Shown here: positions 49,401 through 63,875 of the stretch, piece by piece
Layout of the letters: the number at the start of each line of letters is the position of its first letter
How positions within the stretch are numbered: the first letter of the stretch is position 1
Source of the DNA: Octopus vulgaris
Lineage: Eukaryota
Direction of reading: 5' to 3'
Length of the DNA: 64,000 nt
NCBI GenBank assembly: GCA_951406725.2
Contig: OX597817.1
Location: 104,780,001 to 104,844,000 of the forward strand
Position numbers and translations under genes: made by a program
The notes under the pieces: generated by a model
The model's input: the letters and a program-made list of their open reading frames with translations, nothing else
Database searches by the model: none
What the model was told of the DNA's origin: nothing

Positions 49401-49939
49401 CAGAACACAAGTGTACTGACTGAATTGTTTTGTTTGAAACACACTAATCCTTTAGCATTTATGTTATTCTGTCAAAAGTAATACTTATTTATTGATATTA
49501 TTTTGAATTAATCACGAATTATCTTGTAGCTATGAGATTTTGATGAGGTAACTTAATTTTTTAAAAATGATATTGTAAGATTAGTATGAGAAACCAGATC
49601 TGGCCTGTTTGAATGTAAAACAGATAGGCTATTTTGGCTGGAAATGTCTGGTTTAAATATTACAGGGTTAACTAATATATATGCAGTAGAGACAGTTTAG
49701 TGGTTCAGACACGTGAAATAAATTGAGTATGAATGAAGTAGTGTTGTCATTGAAAAATATTGATGTTAGAGGATCACGGGAGAAGACATAGGAGGATATG
49801 ATATTTATAAGTTATTCAGAAAAGAAAATATAATCTAAATAGACAACTTATAAAAAATTTATATTATTGTTATTCTGCTTGTCATGAGTGAAAAGTAAAA
49901 TATATGAGTTCAACTTCTATGGAATGGAATTGAAAATAT

Positions 49940-50308
49940 AACAAGTGTGGCTGTGTGGTTAGAAGGCTACTTCCCAGCCACATGGTCCCAAGTTCAGTTC
50001 CACTGGGTGGCACTTTATGCAAGTCTTTTACTATAGCCTCAGGCTGATCAAAGTCTTGTGAGTGGATTTGGTAGCCAGAGACTGAAAGAAGCCTGTTGTA
50101 TAATGTGTGTGTGTGTTTGTGTCAGTGTTTGTCCCCCACCACCATTTGACAACCAGCATTGGTGTGTCTGTGTATCCATAACTTATCAGTTGGCAAAAGA
50201 GACTGAAAGAATACCAGGCTTAAAAAGAAAATAAGTACTGGAGTCGATTAATTTGACTAAAATTCCTCAAGGTGGTGCCCCAACCATGCACTGAAGCAAG
50301 TAAAAAGG
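49940..50308 (+). mobile_element. tRNA-derived SINE
   Basis: Family head, (TG)n and tail. Confidence 0.8.
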
Positions 50309-52565
50309 AATTAGGTTATTGTATACAATACTCAGATGTACTACAACTTGCTGAAAAATGGTAAAATAGGGAGCAGAAACCAGCAATAAGTAAAGACAGC
50401 AACAGAACCCCAAAATGCATGCACAGTACACAGATTAAAACACAAAAGACAGTAAAGTGAACAGTTCAAGACCTGTAAAGAGAAAAGAGTGCATAAGCAT
50501 GTCAGATGTAGAGTTGGCGAATTTCATGAAACATGGAATTTTAGAAGGGTGCAATATACTGACATGGATAGCTTATTCTATGCTTCAACAATTCTGAGTG
50601 TAGTTAGTGATCAAATTCAAGTGTTATGTTTTAACCCTAAAGGGTTAAAGATATACTTTGTCATAGGTAATACTTATTTATTCACATTGTTTTGAATTAG
50701 TCATGCATTATTTTGTAGCTTTGAGATTTTGATAATGTGATTATATGTTTTTAGAATGACCTTGTAGGGTAGGTGTGAAAGACCAGATCTGGCCAGTTTG
50801 AACATAAAACAAGTAGAATATTTGGGTTGGATATGATCAGTTTAAATGCTAAACAGTTAAGCTATGGACTAAAATCAAGGACATGATTGAAATGTTCTTC
50901 ATAGTGAAATAATGTTAAGAAGATCTATAAATTTATGTATCAAAATAGAAATATGAACATTAGGAAGACATGCACTTTCCATGGGTCCTGCTAGTATTTT
51001 ACTGATTCTTTAAAAAAAATCATTCATTTGCAAGTTAAAATTTGAAGGAAATGGGCTAGATGACTCTTGATACTGAATTATAAATTCTATGAATATTTGA
51101 AGTAATGTTTGATAGTTCATTCCTTATATTCCTTCTTTATAAAATCTAATTTTGAATTTTGCTTTGGTTGCAGAATAATATGAGAATCTTGTATTATAAA
51201 AAAGCAGATTGTTTTAATTGGATGCTGAAATTGTCACATATTTAATTATTTAACCCTATGATCACTCCTCCACCAAAATTAGGTTATTCAAAGAAGATTT
51301 TTCTGTAAATATGTTTGTTTAACATGTGACTTAAAATCATTTGACTATTGTTGTTTAACCCTAGGTATCAACTTTGCCAGCTCTGATCCACTGTGATCAA
51401 ATGTGTTCCAGTTGTGATTAGTCCTCTTTTACTCAGACTGTACCTCTCGGACTACATAATCCAATGTGTCCTATTTTTTTTAAAGACAGTGCAATATAGT
51501 TTGAGGGATGTTTGGCTGCTATATTTAGTAGGTCAAGAGACTGCTTCATTGACTTAGTTGTTATTTAATTCCATGTAGCCCCTGATTGTGCAAACTAATG
51601 TTCAAATGCATCCATGCCTTGACCACCCCATTTTTATTTCAGGTACAGTTTACTCAGAACTGCTACTTTTAGTGTGTCTTATGACCATGTAGTGATTCCT
51701 TCATTAGCTCGTTACTGACTTAATTGTAATTAGAGGTGGATTTAGAACCCATGATTCGTTAGCCTCATTAACTTTTTTTGTGTTATCTAAGTGCTATATT
51801 TATTTTAGTTCCTAACAGAGTTTATTTATTCTTCCTTTAATTATTATTGTTAATTAAGTAGATTCTTTTTAAAAAGTAATTAGGAGTAAATAGAGAAACA
51901 TTTATTCCTATTATAGAATGTGAAAAAAGTTGTAGATTAAAATAATAATTATTTTAAATATGTAATTTACTTTGCTTCCACATAGTTTTGGGCATGGTCT
52001 CATTCTATGGCATCTTGGGCAAATATTTTCTTCTATAGCCTCATGCTGACTAATACCTTATGAGTGGAATTGGTAGCTGCAATTTGTGAGGCACTCAGTT
52101 ATGTGTGTGTGTGTGGGTAGTACTAAATCTAAATAAAATTTGATGTCAATGACCTGAGATGCTAATAATGTTAAAAAGAATACTAAAATGTGAAGCTATA
52201 GAAGTTGTTCTTATTGAATTTAATTGAAAAAGTTCTTTTTATGGGAGAGGCAATGTTAATTTACATGTATGGCTGATCAGAAGTGAATAGTAAAAGTGGC
52301 TTGCTACATTGGTATAAATGCATATTGGGTGGAAATGTTATGGATGTTGGCAGTGAAGGGTTACTTAGAGTTGGATTTATAAAGAATTGAAAACATAGGT
52401 TTTCAAAAGGCAATTCAATAAAATTGAGATAATAAGATACAGAATATCGGGAAACTATTTGACCCATACTAACAAGTAAGAAAATAAATTAAAATGATGT
52501 TGATTTCAATGCATTTAGTGTATATTTACATTCTAAATTTCATTTTTACTTTTTTCATTTTTCAG

Positions 52566-52619
52566 GAGATTGAAAAGTTAGTTTTAAAATCTATTTCCTT
52601 AATGGAAGATGAAGATAAT
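52566..52619 (+). CDS. GLCCI1: GLCCI1/FAM117-family exon (18 aa)
   Basis: Long pyrimidine tract TTCAG|GAG...AAT|GTATGT. EIEKLVLKSISLMEDEDN corresponds to the family ELEKVFIK block. Confidence 0.85.
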
Positions 52620-52924
52620 GTATGTATATTAATAATTTTAAAAATATAATCATTCTGTTTTTTGTTCCAATACAATTTTTTTTTTTTTTTTGGAAGCATT
52701 ATAAATAATAGGAGCAATATTTTATCTCTAACTTAATTTTCATGTTTTTATTTGATTGATATGAAGGCACAGAGATGGCTATAGGTGCAGGTGTAACTGT
52801 GTGATTAAGGAATACACTTTCCAATCACATGGTCTCAGGTTCAGTCCTACTGTGTGGTGGCACCTTGGGCAAGTGTCTTCTACAAAAGCCTTGCTAGTGG
52901 ATTTGGTAGACAGAAACTGGAAGA

Positions 52925-52968
<44 letters not shown>

Positions 52969-53708
52969 ATGCATATATATGTATATGTGTGAAAGCACAT
53001 GGCTTAGTGATTAGGGATATTCAACTCATGATCATAATGTTGTGAGTTTGAGTCCAGGCACCATGTTTATTTTATTTCATGTTGCTTTGGTTCATGGAAT
53101 AAATTGTACCTGTAATTCAAATGGCTAGCCTTGTTATATTCTGTGTTAACACTGAATCTCCCTGAGAACTACATTAAGGGTATGCGTGTCTATGGAGTTC
53201 TTAGCCACTTGCACATTAATTTCATTAGCAGGCTGTTCTGTTGATTGAATCAACTGGAACTCTTGTTGTCATAACTGATGGAATGCCAGTTATGTATATG
53301 TGTGTGTGAGTGTATGTTTGTATCTCTCTGTCTTGACATCATGTGATATTCATAAATGTGTGTCACAGTCATAGAAGCAGTATCATTCATTTCCAATTTT
53401 CTGCAAAAACATCTCTGGTAATGAGGAACTAATACCTTGCTTAGAAACAGGTGATGGTGGATAATAGGAAGAGCATCCAGTTGTAGAAAATCTGTCTCAA
53501 TAAACACTATCCAACCCATACAAGCATGGAAACCTAGATGTTAAAAAACATAATGGTGATGAGACTCTCCATTTCTGTTTATGATTTTATTTTCAGTGAC
53601 TAAAATATTAGCTTCATAAAGTTTCACTCACTTGGATATAAAATAAAAACCAAGAAAGCTAATGGTAACCTGTATTGGCAAAAATACTTGTAAATACTTT
53701 GTAAATAT

Positions 53709-54105
53709 GGGTGCAGGCATGGCTGTGTGGTAAGAAGTTTGTTTAGCAACCACATGGTTCTGGGTTCAGTCTCACTATGTGACATGTTGGGCAACTGTTT
53801 TCAGCTATAACCTCAGGCCAATCAAAGCCTTGTGAGGGGATTTGGTAGATGAAAACTGAAAGAAGCCCATTGAATATGTGTGTGTGTCTTTGTGTCTGAT
53901 GGTGACCCCCACCACTGCTTGACAGCCTCTGTTGTATTTACATCCCTGTAACTTAGTGGTTTGACAAAGAGACAAACAGAATAAGTACCAGGCTTAAAAA
54001 AGTAAAATAAATACTGCAGTTGATTCATTCCACTAAAAATTCTTCAAAGTGGTGCCCCAGCATGGCTGCAGTCTAATGACTGAGACAAGTAAAAGATTAA
54101 AGATA
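53709..54105 (+). mobile_element. tRNA-derived SINE, full length
   Basis: GGTGCAGGCATGGCTGTGTGGTAAGAAG head to GACAAGTAAAAGA tail. Confidence 0.85.
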
Positions 54106-54769
54106 TGGATACAAAATTTTTTTTGAAGCTTCGAGATTCTTATCACATTAAAATTCTTATTGCATTAAAATTTTATTTTAATATAATCAGAATTAGTTGT
54201 AAAATAAACAAAAAATGGCAATTTAAAAAAGAATTGATTCCACTGTTGTTGTTAGGTAACATATTTCTTCACAAATATATTATTGGTTTAAAGACAATAA
54301 AAATAGAAAAACAGTTGAAATTATTTTTATTCATTATATTACTAGATATCAAATAATTAAGTCGTGCCATTCTCTCAGTGTAAATAAATCAGATTATATG
54401 ATTTTTGAAATGTACCATTATTTCAAAAAGTGCTTGTAATCAGAAGTTTTCTTTTTGTGCAATATTTATGCTAAGAAACTTTTGTGTGTTTTTGAAAGTT
54501 GTTGCTTAGCAATGTATTTTGTTTAGCAAATATTTGAATTATCATCACTGTTATCATTTTCCTAATTGTCATGTCAGTAATCAGGTGAAGGTGATATGGT
54601 GGGAAATGGTACATAAAAGTTAAAAACAAAGACAAAACTAGACAGAATGGAAAAATATGGTGAGCAAGAAATATAATAGAATGAAATTGTTTTTGTATTT
54701 TTATTCTTTTTGAACTAATATATTTCTAAAGAAATCACTAGAAAAGAAATATAATAGTGCTTGAAAAGA

Positions 54770-55935
54770 ATCTAGTTGTCAGGTATACTTACCAAAGAGA
54801 AAAGCTGAATGTCAAAGCTTTCCATTGTTCTGTTGTGTGAGGATCAAAGGTATGAGGCAGTCCAGATTGCAAAGCAATGTGTCAAGATAAATCAGGATGT
54901 TGTTAATGAAAAGTGTGAACTAAATAATAACAGTGCAGTAGCTTTCACTTCTATGGGAGGTCAAAATAAAATGGGAGAGAGGACTTCCCTAACTAGGGCC
55001 AAGAGAGAACCAGACAGCTACATTGTTGAAAGGGCAAATAGCAATATGAAAGTAAGAAAAGCAAATGGGCCAACAGAAATAGTTGACAAGATGCTGAAAA
55101 TAAGCAGTGAAATAGGTTACACACTAGTCAGCATTACAAAGACTGACCTTTCTCTTCAGGGCTAGAAAACACTTCGTTCTCCATCAACCTTGGACCCTCT
55201 ACAAAATGCAAATGAGATCCACTATAAAATACTGCCCACCACATCTGGGATGGTACTGCTATACATACAGACATTGTAGAATGTACACCACAATTCCTTT
55301 GAACACTACTTGGCTGATTTGCATGAAGTCACTTACCAGCACACTCCAATCTGTGGTTCATCAACATGCTGTCTCACTTTTCTGCAATTTGTGTTGTTAC
55401 TAGAGTGGCTTGCTTTGTTGATCTTGTAGAAAGTATTTGACACTGTTAGTCATGAAGAGCTTTTGATGATCATCACTAAGTACAACTGTCCTGATAAGTT
55501 TATTGTCTTTCTATGGCCATTCCATGAAGGTATTCTTGCCAGAGTAATTCATGATGGGAAGTGCTTTTCAGCTGATTGATGCATTCTTGGAAGAATGACA
55601 GGCTTTTCGACTTTAAGAAGTCTCTAGGTAAATGCAAGGTGAAAGAAGATATGAATAAGCAAATTACTGTTAGCAGATGACTGTGCTCTCATTGCACATT
55701 CAGAGTTTTGACAGACATCAGGGCATGAACAGATTGTCCTTTGCCTATAGTAATTTCAGCTTCACTATCAGAAGAAAGTAAACTGAAATCATGTGGCAAC
55801 CAGGCCCTTGCAAGATATTTGTGGAGCCTGCAGTGACAGTTAAAGATTAGCCTCAACAGACCTTTGACAGGTTCACCTAGCCTAGTAGCACTTTATCAAA
55901 AATTGTTCACTTTAGTGAACATTCTGTGCTGGAGA
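54770..55935 (+). pseudogene. Decayed LINE (RTE-like) fragments
   Basis: NMKVRKANGPTEIVDKMLK (K..G.D.I..E.LK box) at ~55045. Further remnants of FVDL/AFD, L.ADDCAL and FTYLGS boxes at ~55410-55900. Confidence 0.6.
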
Positions 55936-56158
55936 AAACATATCTAATCCATTGCAAATGGATTAGATGTTTCTTCTTCAGTGCATGAAAGAAAATGGTA
56001 GTGAAACAAAATGAAGGAAAAATGATGATGATGTTTTCTAGATACACTGTCTAAAAAGACATTTCTGCTGGTAAAATGAAATAAAAGCACTTGACATTCT
56101 TTTTCTTTATTAAAAATTTATAAATTGTTATTTAGTTTGATTTTTGATCTAGTCTTAA

Positions 56159-56382
56159 TTAAATCTTTCATTACCATATTTTTGTTGATATACAGTGACT
56201 TTGTTTCAATTAATTTTGAAAATAGTGAACAATTTAATAAAATAATTTTGTCACTATTAAAGCTGGTGTTTGGAACATAAATTAACATGAAAGGAAAGTT
56301 TTTATTTTGATCACTTTAAAATAGAAAGTTTGTATCACAGAACCATGGGTGGTCTTAGCCAGGTCGGTATCAAAAGGGTTAA
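56159..56382 (+). mobile_element. TTAA-type MITE family B; second copy ~57176-57392
   Basis: Shared TTACCATATTT...TTTCAATTAATTTTGAAAA...GGTGTTTGGAACATAAATTAA body ending AAAAGG(G)TTAA. The two copies flank exon 56470-56797. Confidence 0.75.
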
Positions 56383-56469
56383 GAGGCTCAGTATTTGTTA
56401 TATATTGTCCCCTTATTTTTGTCTTGAATATCTTTTTCAGTACAATGTCAATGTTTGATTTCCTTACAG

Positions 56470-56797
56470 ACTCATGATATTCCTGATGGCCATCGAGCAC
56501 CCTTACCCGATCAACAGCAACACCAGCAATATTCACTAGGTGGTTGCAATGCCAACAATAATGGCCCCAATTCTCTGGCAACAACACGGACCTTATATAC
56601 ACAGACTCCTTCAAGTTGTTTTGAGAGCAGAGAGGTATCTTCAGTTAGTAGCAATAGCAGTAGTTCTTCAACAGCAAATAGGTCCCATTCTGTTAGCCCT
56701 GCAATGCCAGTTATTCCAAATGCACATATAGACACTTCTCGACCATCTAGTCAAATAGCCAGCAAATCAGAGCATAGTTCAACAGATACAGAAAAAG
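56470..56797 (+). CDS. GLCCI1: GLCCI1/FAM117-family exon (109 aa + 1 nt)
   Basis: TTACAG|ACT...AAG|GTGAGT. DIPDGHRAPLP and TRTLYTQTPS match GLCCI1 DIPDGRRAPLP / TRSIDTQTPS (recalled). Confidence 0.92.
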
Positions 56798-58567
56798 GTG
56801 AGTCAAATCAAATTAGTTAATCTCGCTTTCTAATTTGTGTCTCTCTTGCTTAATAGGAAAATAATTTGTGACATGTTTTAAGGCAACCAAATTTTAACAA
56901 TTATGTTTTGCATTACTTTTTTGCAATATTATTATTATTATTAAGGTGGTGAGCTGACAGAATTATTAGCATGTCAGGCAAATTTCTTTACAGCATTTTG
57001 TTCACCTTTAGACTCAGAGTTCAATTTCTGTTGATATCAACTTTGCCTGTCAACCTTTCAGAGTTGATAAAATTAGTACCAGTTGTACACTGAGGTCAAT
57101 GTAATCAATCCCCTAAAATTATTGACCATGTGCCAATATTATTGTTACAAGTTGAAAATTAAAGCTAGTTCTCTTTAAACCTTTTGTTACCATATTTCTG
57201 TTAAAATACACTGCCTTTCTTTCAATTAATTTTGAAAACAATAATGAATTTAATAGAATAACTTTGCCATTACTAAAATGGTGTTTGAAACATAAATTAA
57301 TAAGGTAAGTTTTGATTTAGGTCGCTTTAAACAGGAAGTTTGTATCATAGCACCAGAAGCAGTGTCAAGCAATTTGGTACGAAAAAGGTTAAATTAGTTT
57401 TTATCAATTTTATTCTGGTTAGCAAATTTCTTTTGACAATTCAATTTATCATCTACAATCAACTTCTTATCCATTTTCACAAACATGTTAGACAACTTTT
57501 TACTTATAAGAATCATTTGATATCTCTTATTCCATTTATCACATATTTTTCACATTAACTATTTTTTTAATATTATTTCACAAAACATTCAACAACTAAA
57601 TGTATCTGTTAGTTCTGGATGATAGTAAAGCTCTTTTACACTGGTTGTGCTGTTGTTCAGTATTTTATAAACATGAAATAAGGCCAATTATTGTGTAATT
57701 GTTTCAAATAAGTTATAAATGTTATTAGTTTTGTAATTAATTTTGAAAGTTAAAAAAAAAAAACAAGGGAATATATTTGGTTTATTATACAACACACTGG
57801 GGTGTTTTGAAATCAAGAATGGAAGGGAAATTGTTAATCCCTTTTCACAGTATTTAAATAAATGTGGACAAGTTCATTATCGTCATCCTTTAATGTCTGT
57901 TTTCCATGCTGGCATGGTTTGGGCAGTTTGGCAGGAGCTATCCAGGCTCCAATTGTCTGTTTTGGCATGGTTTCTATGGTTGGATGCCTTTTCTAATGCC
58001 AATCACTTTACAGAGTGTACTAAGTGCTTTTATGTGGTACCAACATACACACACACACGTACATATATGTATCTATGTGTGTGACTTTGTGTCTGTGTTT
58101 GTCCCCCACCACTGCTTAACAACTGGTGTTGGTGTGTTTATGTCCCCATAACTTAATGGATCAGCAAAAGAGACTGATAGAATAAGTACCAGGCTTAAAA
58201 AAATTAGTCCTGGGGTTGATTTGTTTGACCAAAACCCTTCAGGGTGGTGCCCCAGCATGGCCTCAGTCAAATGACTGAAACAAGTAAAAGGTAAAAGATA
58301 TGTTAAATGGAAGTATAGTGAAGTATTTTGTTTTTTGAATTAGTCAATCAAAAGAAGAAAATACTGAGCCCTTGACCATTATAAGGCTCTGAGACTGGTG
58401 ACATTGATGTGTTTGATGTTCATCCTGAGTATCTCTATGAGAAGAATCATGGTGTAGTGGGGAAGGAATTCCAGATGGTTGCAGTTTCTGATTAAGAAGA
58501 AATGAATATTGTGCTAGCTTGTATGTGTTGAATATCATTGCATTTAATTACAAGATGAATGCTTATC

Positions 58568-58612
<45 letters not shown>

Positions 58613-58906
58613 ATAATAATACACACACACACATACACAGAGTCAAAAGGTGAGAACTAGATATGCTCAGTATAGAAAACAGTATTGCTCAAATGATTTA
58701 AACTTAAATTCTAAATTCTTAATCCATTACTTGGTCCACAACATCAAGAGTGACTGTAAGAGAAATCCAGGTGAGTTGATATGGAGATAGTGATGTAGAT
58801 AAACACGATTAAGCTTGACATAAATAATCGTATATAAATATATAGAGATACACATAGATATATATAGACATATGTAACTACATATTTCAGAAGATAGGCA
58901 CATATA

Positions 58907-59243
58907 TCATCATCATCATCATCATTTAACGTCCGTTTTCCATGCTAGCATGGGTTGGACGGTTCAACTGGGGTCTGGGAAGCCAGAAGGCTGCACCAGG
59001 CCCAGTCTGATCTGGCAGTGTTTCTACAGCTGGATGCCTTTCCTAACGCCAACCACTCCGAGAGTGTAGTGGGTGCTTTTTATGTGCCACCTGCACAGGT
59101 GCCAGACGAGGCTGGCAAATGGCCACAATTGGATGGTGCTTTTTACGTGTCACCGGCACGGGGGCCAGACGATGCTGGCAACAGCCACAATCGGATGGTG
59201 CTTTTTACATGTCACCGGCACGGAGGCCAGTCGGGGCGGCGCT
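58907..59243 (-). mobile_element. Young RTE-tail element with internal ~59-bp tandem repeats
   Basis: (CAT)n-TTAACGTCCGTTTTCCATGCTAGCATGGG end; GGTGCTTTTTA..TG.CACC.GCAC unit repeated three times. Confidence 0.75.
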
Positions 59244-62200
59244 GATATATATATATTTATAGGAATATGTTTAAATAGGGCATAAAAATACAATATTAAG
59301 GAAGGCTACTTAGTTTTTTTTAACTAAACAGCTGTTTCTGGAGGCTGGGAATTATGTAATAATTATAAGGTTCATAATTAACAAATGGAATACGCAAAAA
59401 AAATCTTGGGTATAGAACCAGTAAATAGTCATATAGATATATTATTATAAGTCTGACTTCCTTTATGGGGCATAGTTGGCAAAGGCATTTCACTTAGTAG
59501 TACGAGAGATTTAAAAGTTGCAGGGAGAGAGGAGGAAGGATAAAGGCAAAAGCAAAAGCCACTTTCTTCCCCTCTCTCTCTCCCTACATTTTTGGGGCAC
59601 CTACTGCAGGATTCCAAGCAATCATAATGGTGAAACATGTGCAGGAACTATAACTTAAACTTGTTTTTCTCCCTATTTCTTATACATACATATATGCTGG
59701 GGCACTCCTTCGGTTATAATGATGAGTTCATATGATCAACGAAACAACTTGTTCATGCAAGTGGCTGAGCACTCCACGGACACATGTACCCTTAACATAG
59801 TTTACAGGGAGATTGAGCATGGCACAGAATGTGAGAAGGTTAGCACATTGAACTACAGGTACTACTCATTTTTGTCAGCTGAGTGGACTGGAGCAATGTG
59901 AATTAAGTGTTCTGCTTATGAGATACAATGCACCACTGGGAATTGAAATCGTGACCTTATGATTGTGAGCCAATACACTAACTGCTATGCCATATGCCTT
60001 CATGCATACATAAATACATACATATATAGTGAAATAGAGATTAACGATAAATTTGTGTGAGATATTATCCTCCTACGATAATTCAGCAGTTATGTAGGTG
60101 AAAGTTTATTTACTAATTTGAATATTAGAAAGCCAAATTATGTTCAGATATGTGAGAAATATATTATTTGATGATCAATAGTAATTTTTCATTGTTAGGT
60201 ATGGGAAGCAGCTTCAGATACATTTTGTTTTGTTGAAGCTCATCAGCCTTAAAATAACTTAGTGAAATTGTATTGATTTGATCACATATTAAACATAATG
60301 AAATGTGTATTTATTGATGTTGACTAAGAGAGATACTGAAAACTCAAGTTTACTTGAAATACTGTTCACATGGCAATCAGGCAGTTATGTGGGAAGAAGC
60401 ATTAAATTAATTAGGATATCAAAAGGACAAAGAATATTTGGATATTTGCTAAAAGAGGGGCATCCAGCATTAAATTAATTAGAACATCAGAAGGACAAAA
60501 GAATATTCAGATACATGGTAAAAGAAGGACATCTAGCCATAGAAACCATGCCAAAGCAAACAGAGCTTGGTACAGTCTTCTGACTTGCCAGCTTCTGTCA
60601 AACTGTCCAGCCCATGATGGCATGGAAGGAGGATGCGAAATGATGATGTCAGTGATCATTGGCAAGTATGGTAGTCATGTGATTATTTTGGCTATTTAAT
60701 TTATCTACATATTGGGAATTTAGATATTTTTTGATAGCTATGGTACATCAATGACCTTTAAATTTGTGATCATGTAGTAAGGCACATGTCTGGCACAGGT
60801 GTAAGCATAACTGTGTGATTAAGAAGTTTACTTCTTCTTCATCACCTTCTTTTCCTGTTGCTATAGTTAAGCGTTTTTCTTTATTTACCCAGACCCATTC
60901 TTTTCTTTGTTATTGAATATTTAGGACTACATTATACAGATTTTCAGGACGATAGAGTAATGTAATTTGAGGATAGTTTGGCTGCTATTTCTGGCTCTTC
61001 TCATTAATATCCTATTGGAGGTAGTGTCTGTGTGGGGCATCATAGATATTTGTATTAAATTTTCTGATTTCCTGCTAGAAATTTTAGGGAAAGCCTGATC
61101 AAATGATTTTGCTTGGACAGTCAAAGTCTGAAAGAAATGATTTGTAAATGTTAGTAAATATACTGTAACTGAATGGTAGCCAATTGCAAACAGTATATAT
61201 GTTTGAATGTATGTATGGGGTCACTGGTGTCACATGTAGGAGTAGATATTAAATTTGTCTAAGCATGCAGTTGCTAGTGGATGCTTGTTATTAATGATGT
61301 ATAAATTCCCAGAAATCTGGATTTACCAATTCTACTGCTGTTATCACTGGATGATTTTTATCTGCTGCTGATACACTTCTGTGGATTGAAGAGTCATTGA
61401 TTTAAATTCACTATTAGCAGCAGAAGCAGTATTAGTTCAGAATAGCAATCTGTATATCTTAACATGGATATACTATAGAAAGCCACAACACTGCAATATT
61501 TGTCTCAAGAAAATTATCTCATAGACATATAATACTAAAAAGCACAGAAGAACATCAGTAACAGATGAAAGTTGTCTGGTGTCATGCAATCTAGATTTAG
61601 CAGTTTCATTGTCACTACTGGACAAAAATTGTCCACTGCTGATATAGTTCTGTGCTTTTTAGCACTATATGTCTGCACAAAAGTCTTTCCCAAAACGAAT
61701 GCCACAGTTTTGAGTATTCGTTTTGAGAAAGATTTATATAGAATACTATTGTGAAGTAATACTGCTTCCATTGCTAATATCAATTTTTTACCTAGCTTAC
61801 TTCCTGGTTATATGTGGCATCAGTGATTTGTTAATCTCAAGTGTCACATATAGCAGTGGAGGCTAAATTTATCTAAGCACATAGTTGCTAGTGGATGTTT
61901 GCTCTTGATGATGTCTAAATTCACAGAAATCTGGATTTAGCAATTCTACTGCTGTTGGTTGCTGGATGATTTTTCTCTGCTTGCTGCTACACTTCTGTAT
62001 TCTTTAGCATTATACATCTTCGAGAAGCTTTATAGTGATGAATACAGCAGTTTTGTGGATTTTTTCATTTTTCTTTTTCTTTTTTTCTTTTCTTTTTTTT
62101 TTTGAAATAATACTGCTTCTTTTGCTATTATTAAATTTTTATCCTGCCTGCCAATCCTGTCAATCACTGTTTTTCTATCTCAGTAGAGGCTAAATTTGTG

Positions 62201-63278
62201 TAATTTAGTGCATTCAGATTACCCTGTCAAATGTAATGCTTATTTATTCACATTGTTTTCTATTACTCCTGCATTATCTCATAGCTTTGAGATTTTAACA
62301 AAGTGATTGTATATTTTTAGAATGACATTTTAAGATATGTGTAAGAGGCCAGATCTAGCTAGTTTGAACATAAAACAAGTAGAATATTTGGGGTGGATAT
62401 GGCTAGTTTAAATGCTAAAGAGCTAAGTATGCAGTTGCTAGTGGGTGCTTGCTATTAATGACTTGAAAAGAGGCAGAAATCTAGATTTATTAATTCCACC
62501 ACCACTGCTGGATGATTTTCATTTGCTACTGGTATAAATGTATTTGTGTATTGATGATTGGACAAGTTGTGTAAATGATGCAATTCTAGTATGTAATACA
62601 TTTATGAACTAACAAAATTTGATATTTCAATGAATACTGATTCAAGAATGGGTATGAAAAATATATTTACAAGTTGTGAAAAGGAAATGTAACAATGTTG
62701 GTTAAAAATGTTTGTATTTTATTTGCATGAGTGTATATTTACAGGTTGGTTGGTAGGTCAGTTAGTGGCAGTTAGCTGTTGTTATTATGTCTATTATGCC
62801 ATTTTAGTGGTGGTGGTGGTGGTAGAGACAGTAACCTTCTCATTAGGATGACCTAAGGGTCAACAGGCCCCTGGGTCATCATAATGTTGCCTTTTCAGTG
62901 GGACGTCAAGTACTTGAAATGAATTCTCTGTATCTGTTTATATTGTGGAGCTAAGTGGATGATTTAGAGAGATATAGTTCTCAAAAGGTCAAGTAGAGCT
63001 TTTGAACACAGGCTTTGTGCTTCCATGGCAGGTAAAAGGTTGATAACAATAACAATAAGTAATCAGAGCTCAAATATAAAATATATAAATCAGAAGTTTT
63101 ATAGATCTGATCTTAGCAAGTTTTCCCATTACAGATTCTGTGAGTCATTTTAGTTGAGTAGTGGATAAGTGATTGCACACAACTATTCTTGAAGCTATTG
63201 ACATATTCAAATTTGTGACAACTCATTCTGATAATGCCAGAAGCTACTCCTACTTGACAAATGATACTAGTTGGTTAA

Positions 63279-63473
<195 letters not shown>

Positions 63474-63544
63474 TAAGTTACATTCTGAAAGAATATGTGA
63501 TTATTATTATTTAAAAAAAAAGAAAAAAACTAGAGCAATGATAT

Positions 63545-63875
63545 GTGTGTTTCTGTGTGGTTACGAAGCTTGTAGTCTTGGGTTCAGTTCCATTGCACAG
63601 CACTTGGGTCAGTATCTTCTACTATAGTCATGGACTGATCAAAGCCTTTTCAGTGGAAGCCTCTGTGTGTGTGTGTGAATCAGTGTTTCTTTATGTTTGT
63701 CTCCCACCACTGATTACAACCAGCATTGGTTTGTTTACATCCTTGTAACTTAGTAGTTCAGCAGAAGGGGCCAATAGAATAAATAGCAGGCTTAAAAAAT
63801 AAGCACTAAACCCTTCAAGGCAGTGCCCCAACATGGCTGCAGTCTAAAGACTGAAACAAATAGAAAATAAAAGAT
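63545..63875 (+). mobile_element. tRNA-derived SINE, internally deleted
   Basis: Family head and ACTGAAACAA tail. Confidence 0.75.

Noticed and set aside
60204-60250. Hammerhead (CTGATGA followed by a GCTTCA/TGAAGC stem, - strand)
   Set aside because: No GAAA, stem III or cleavage triplet follows.
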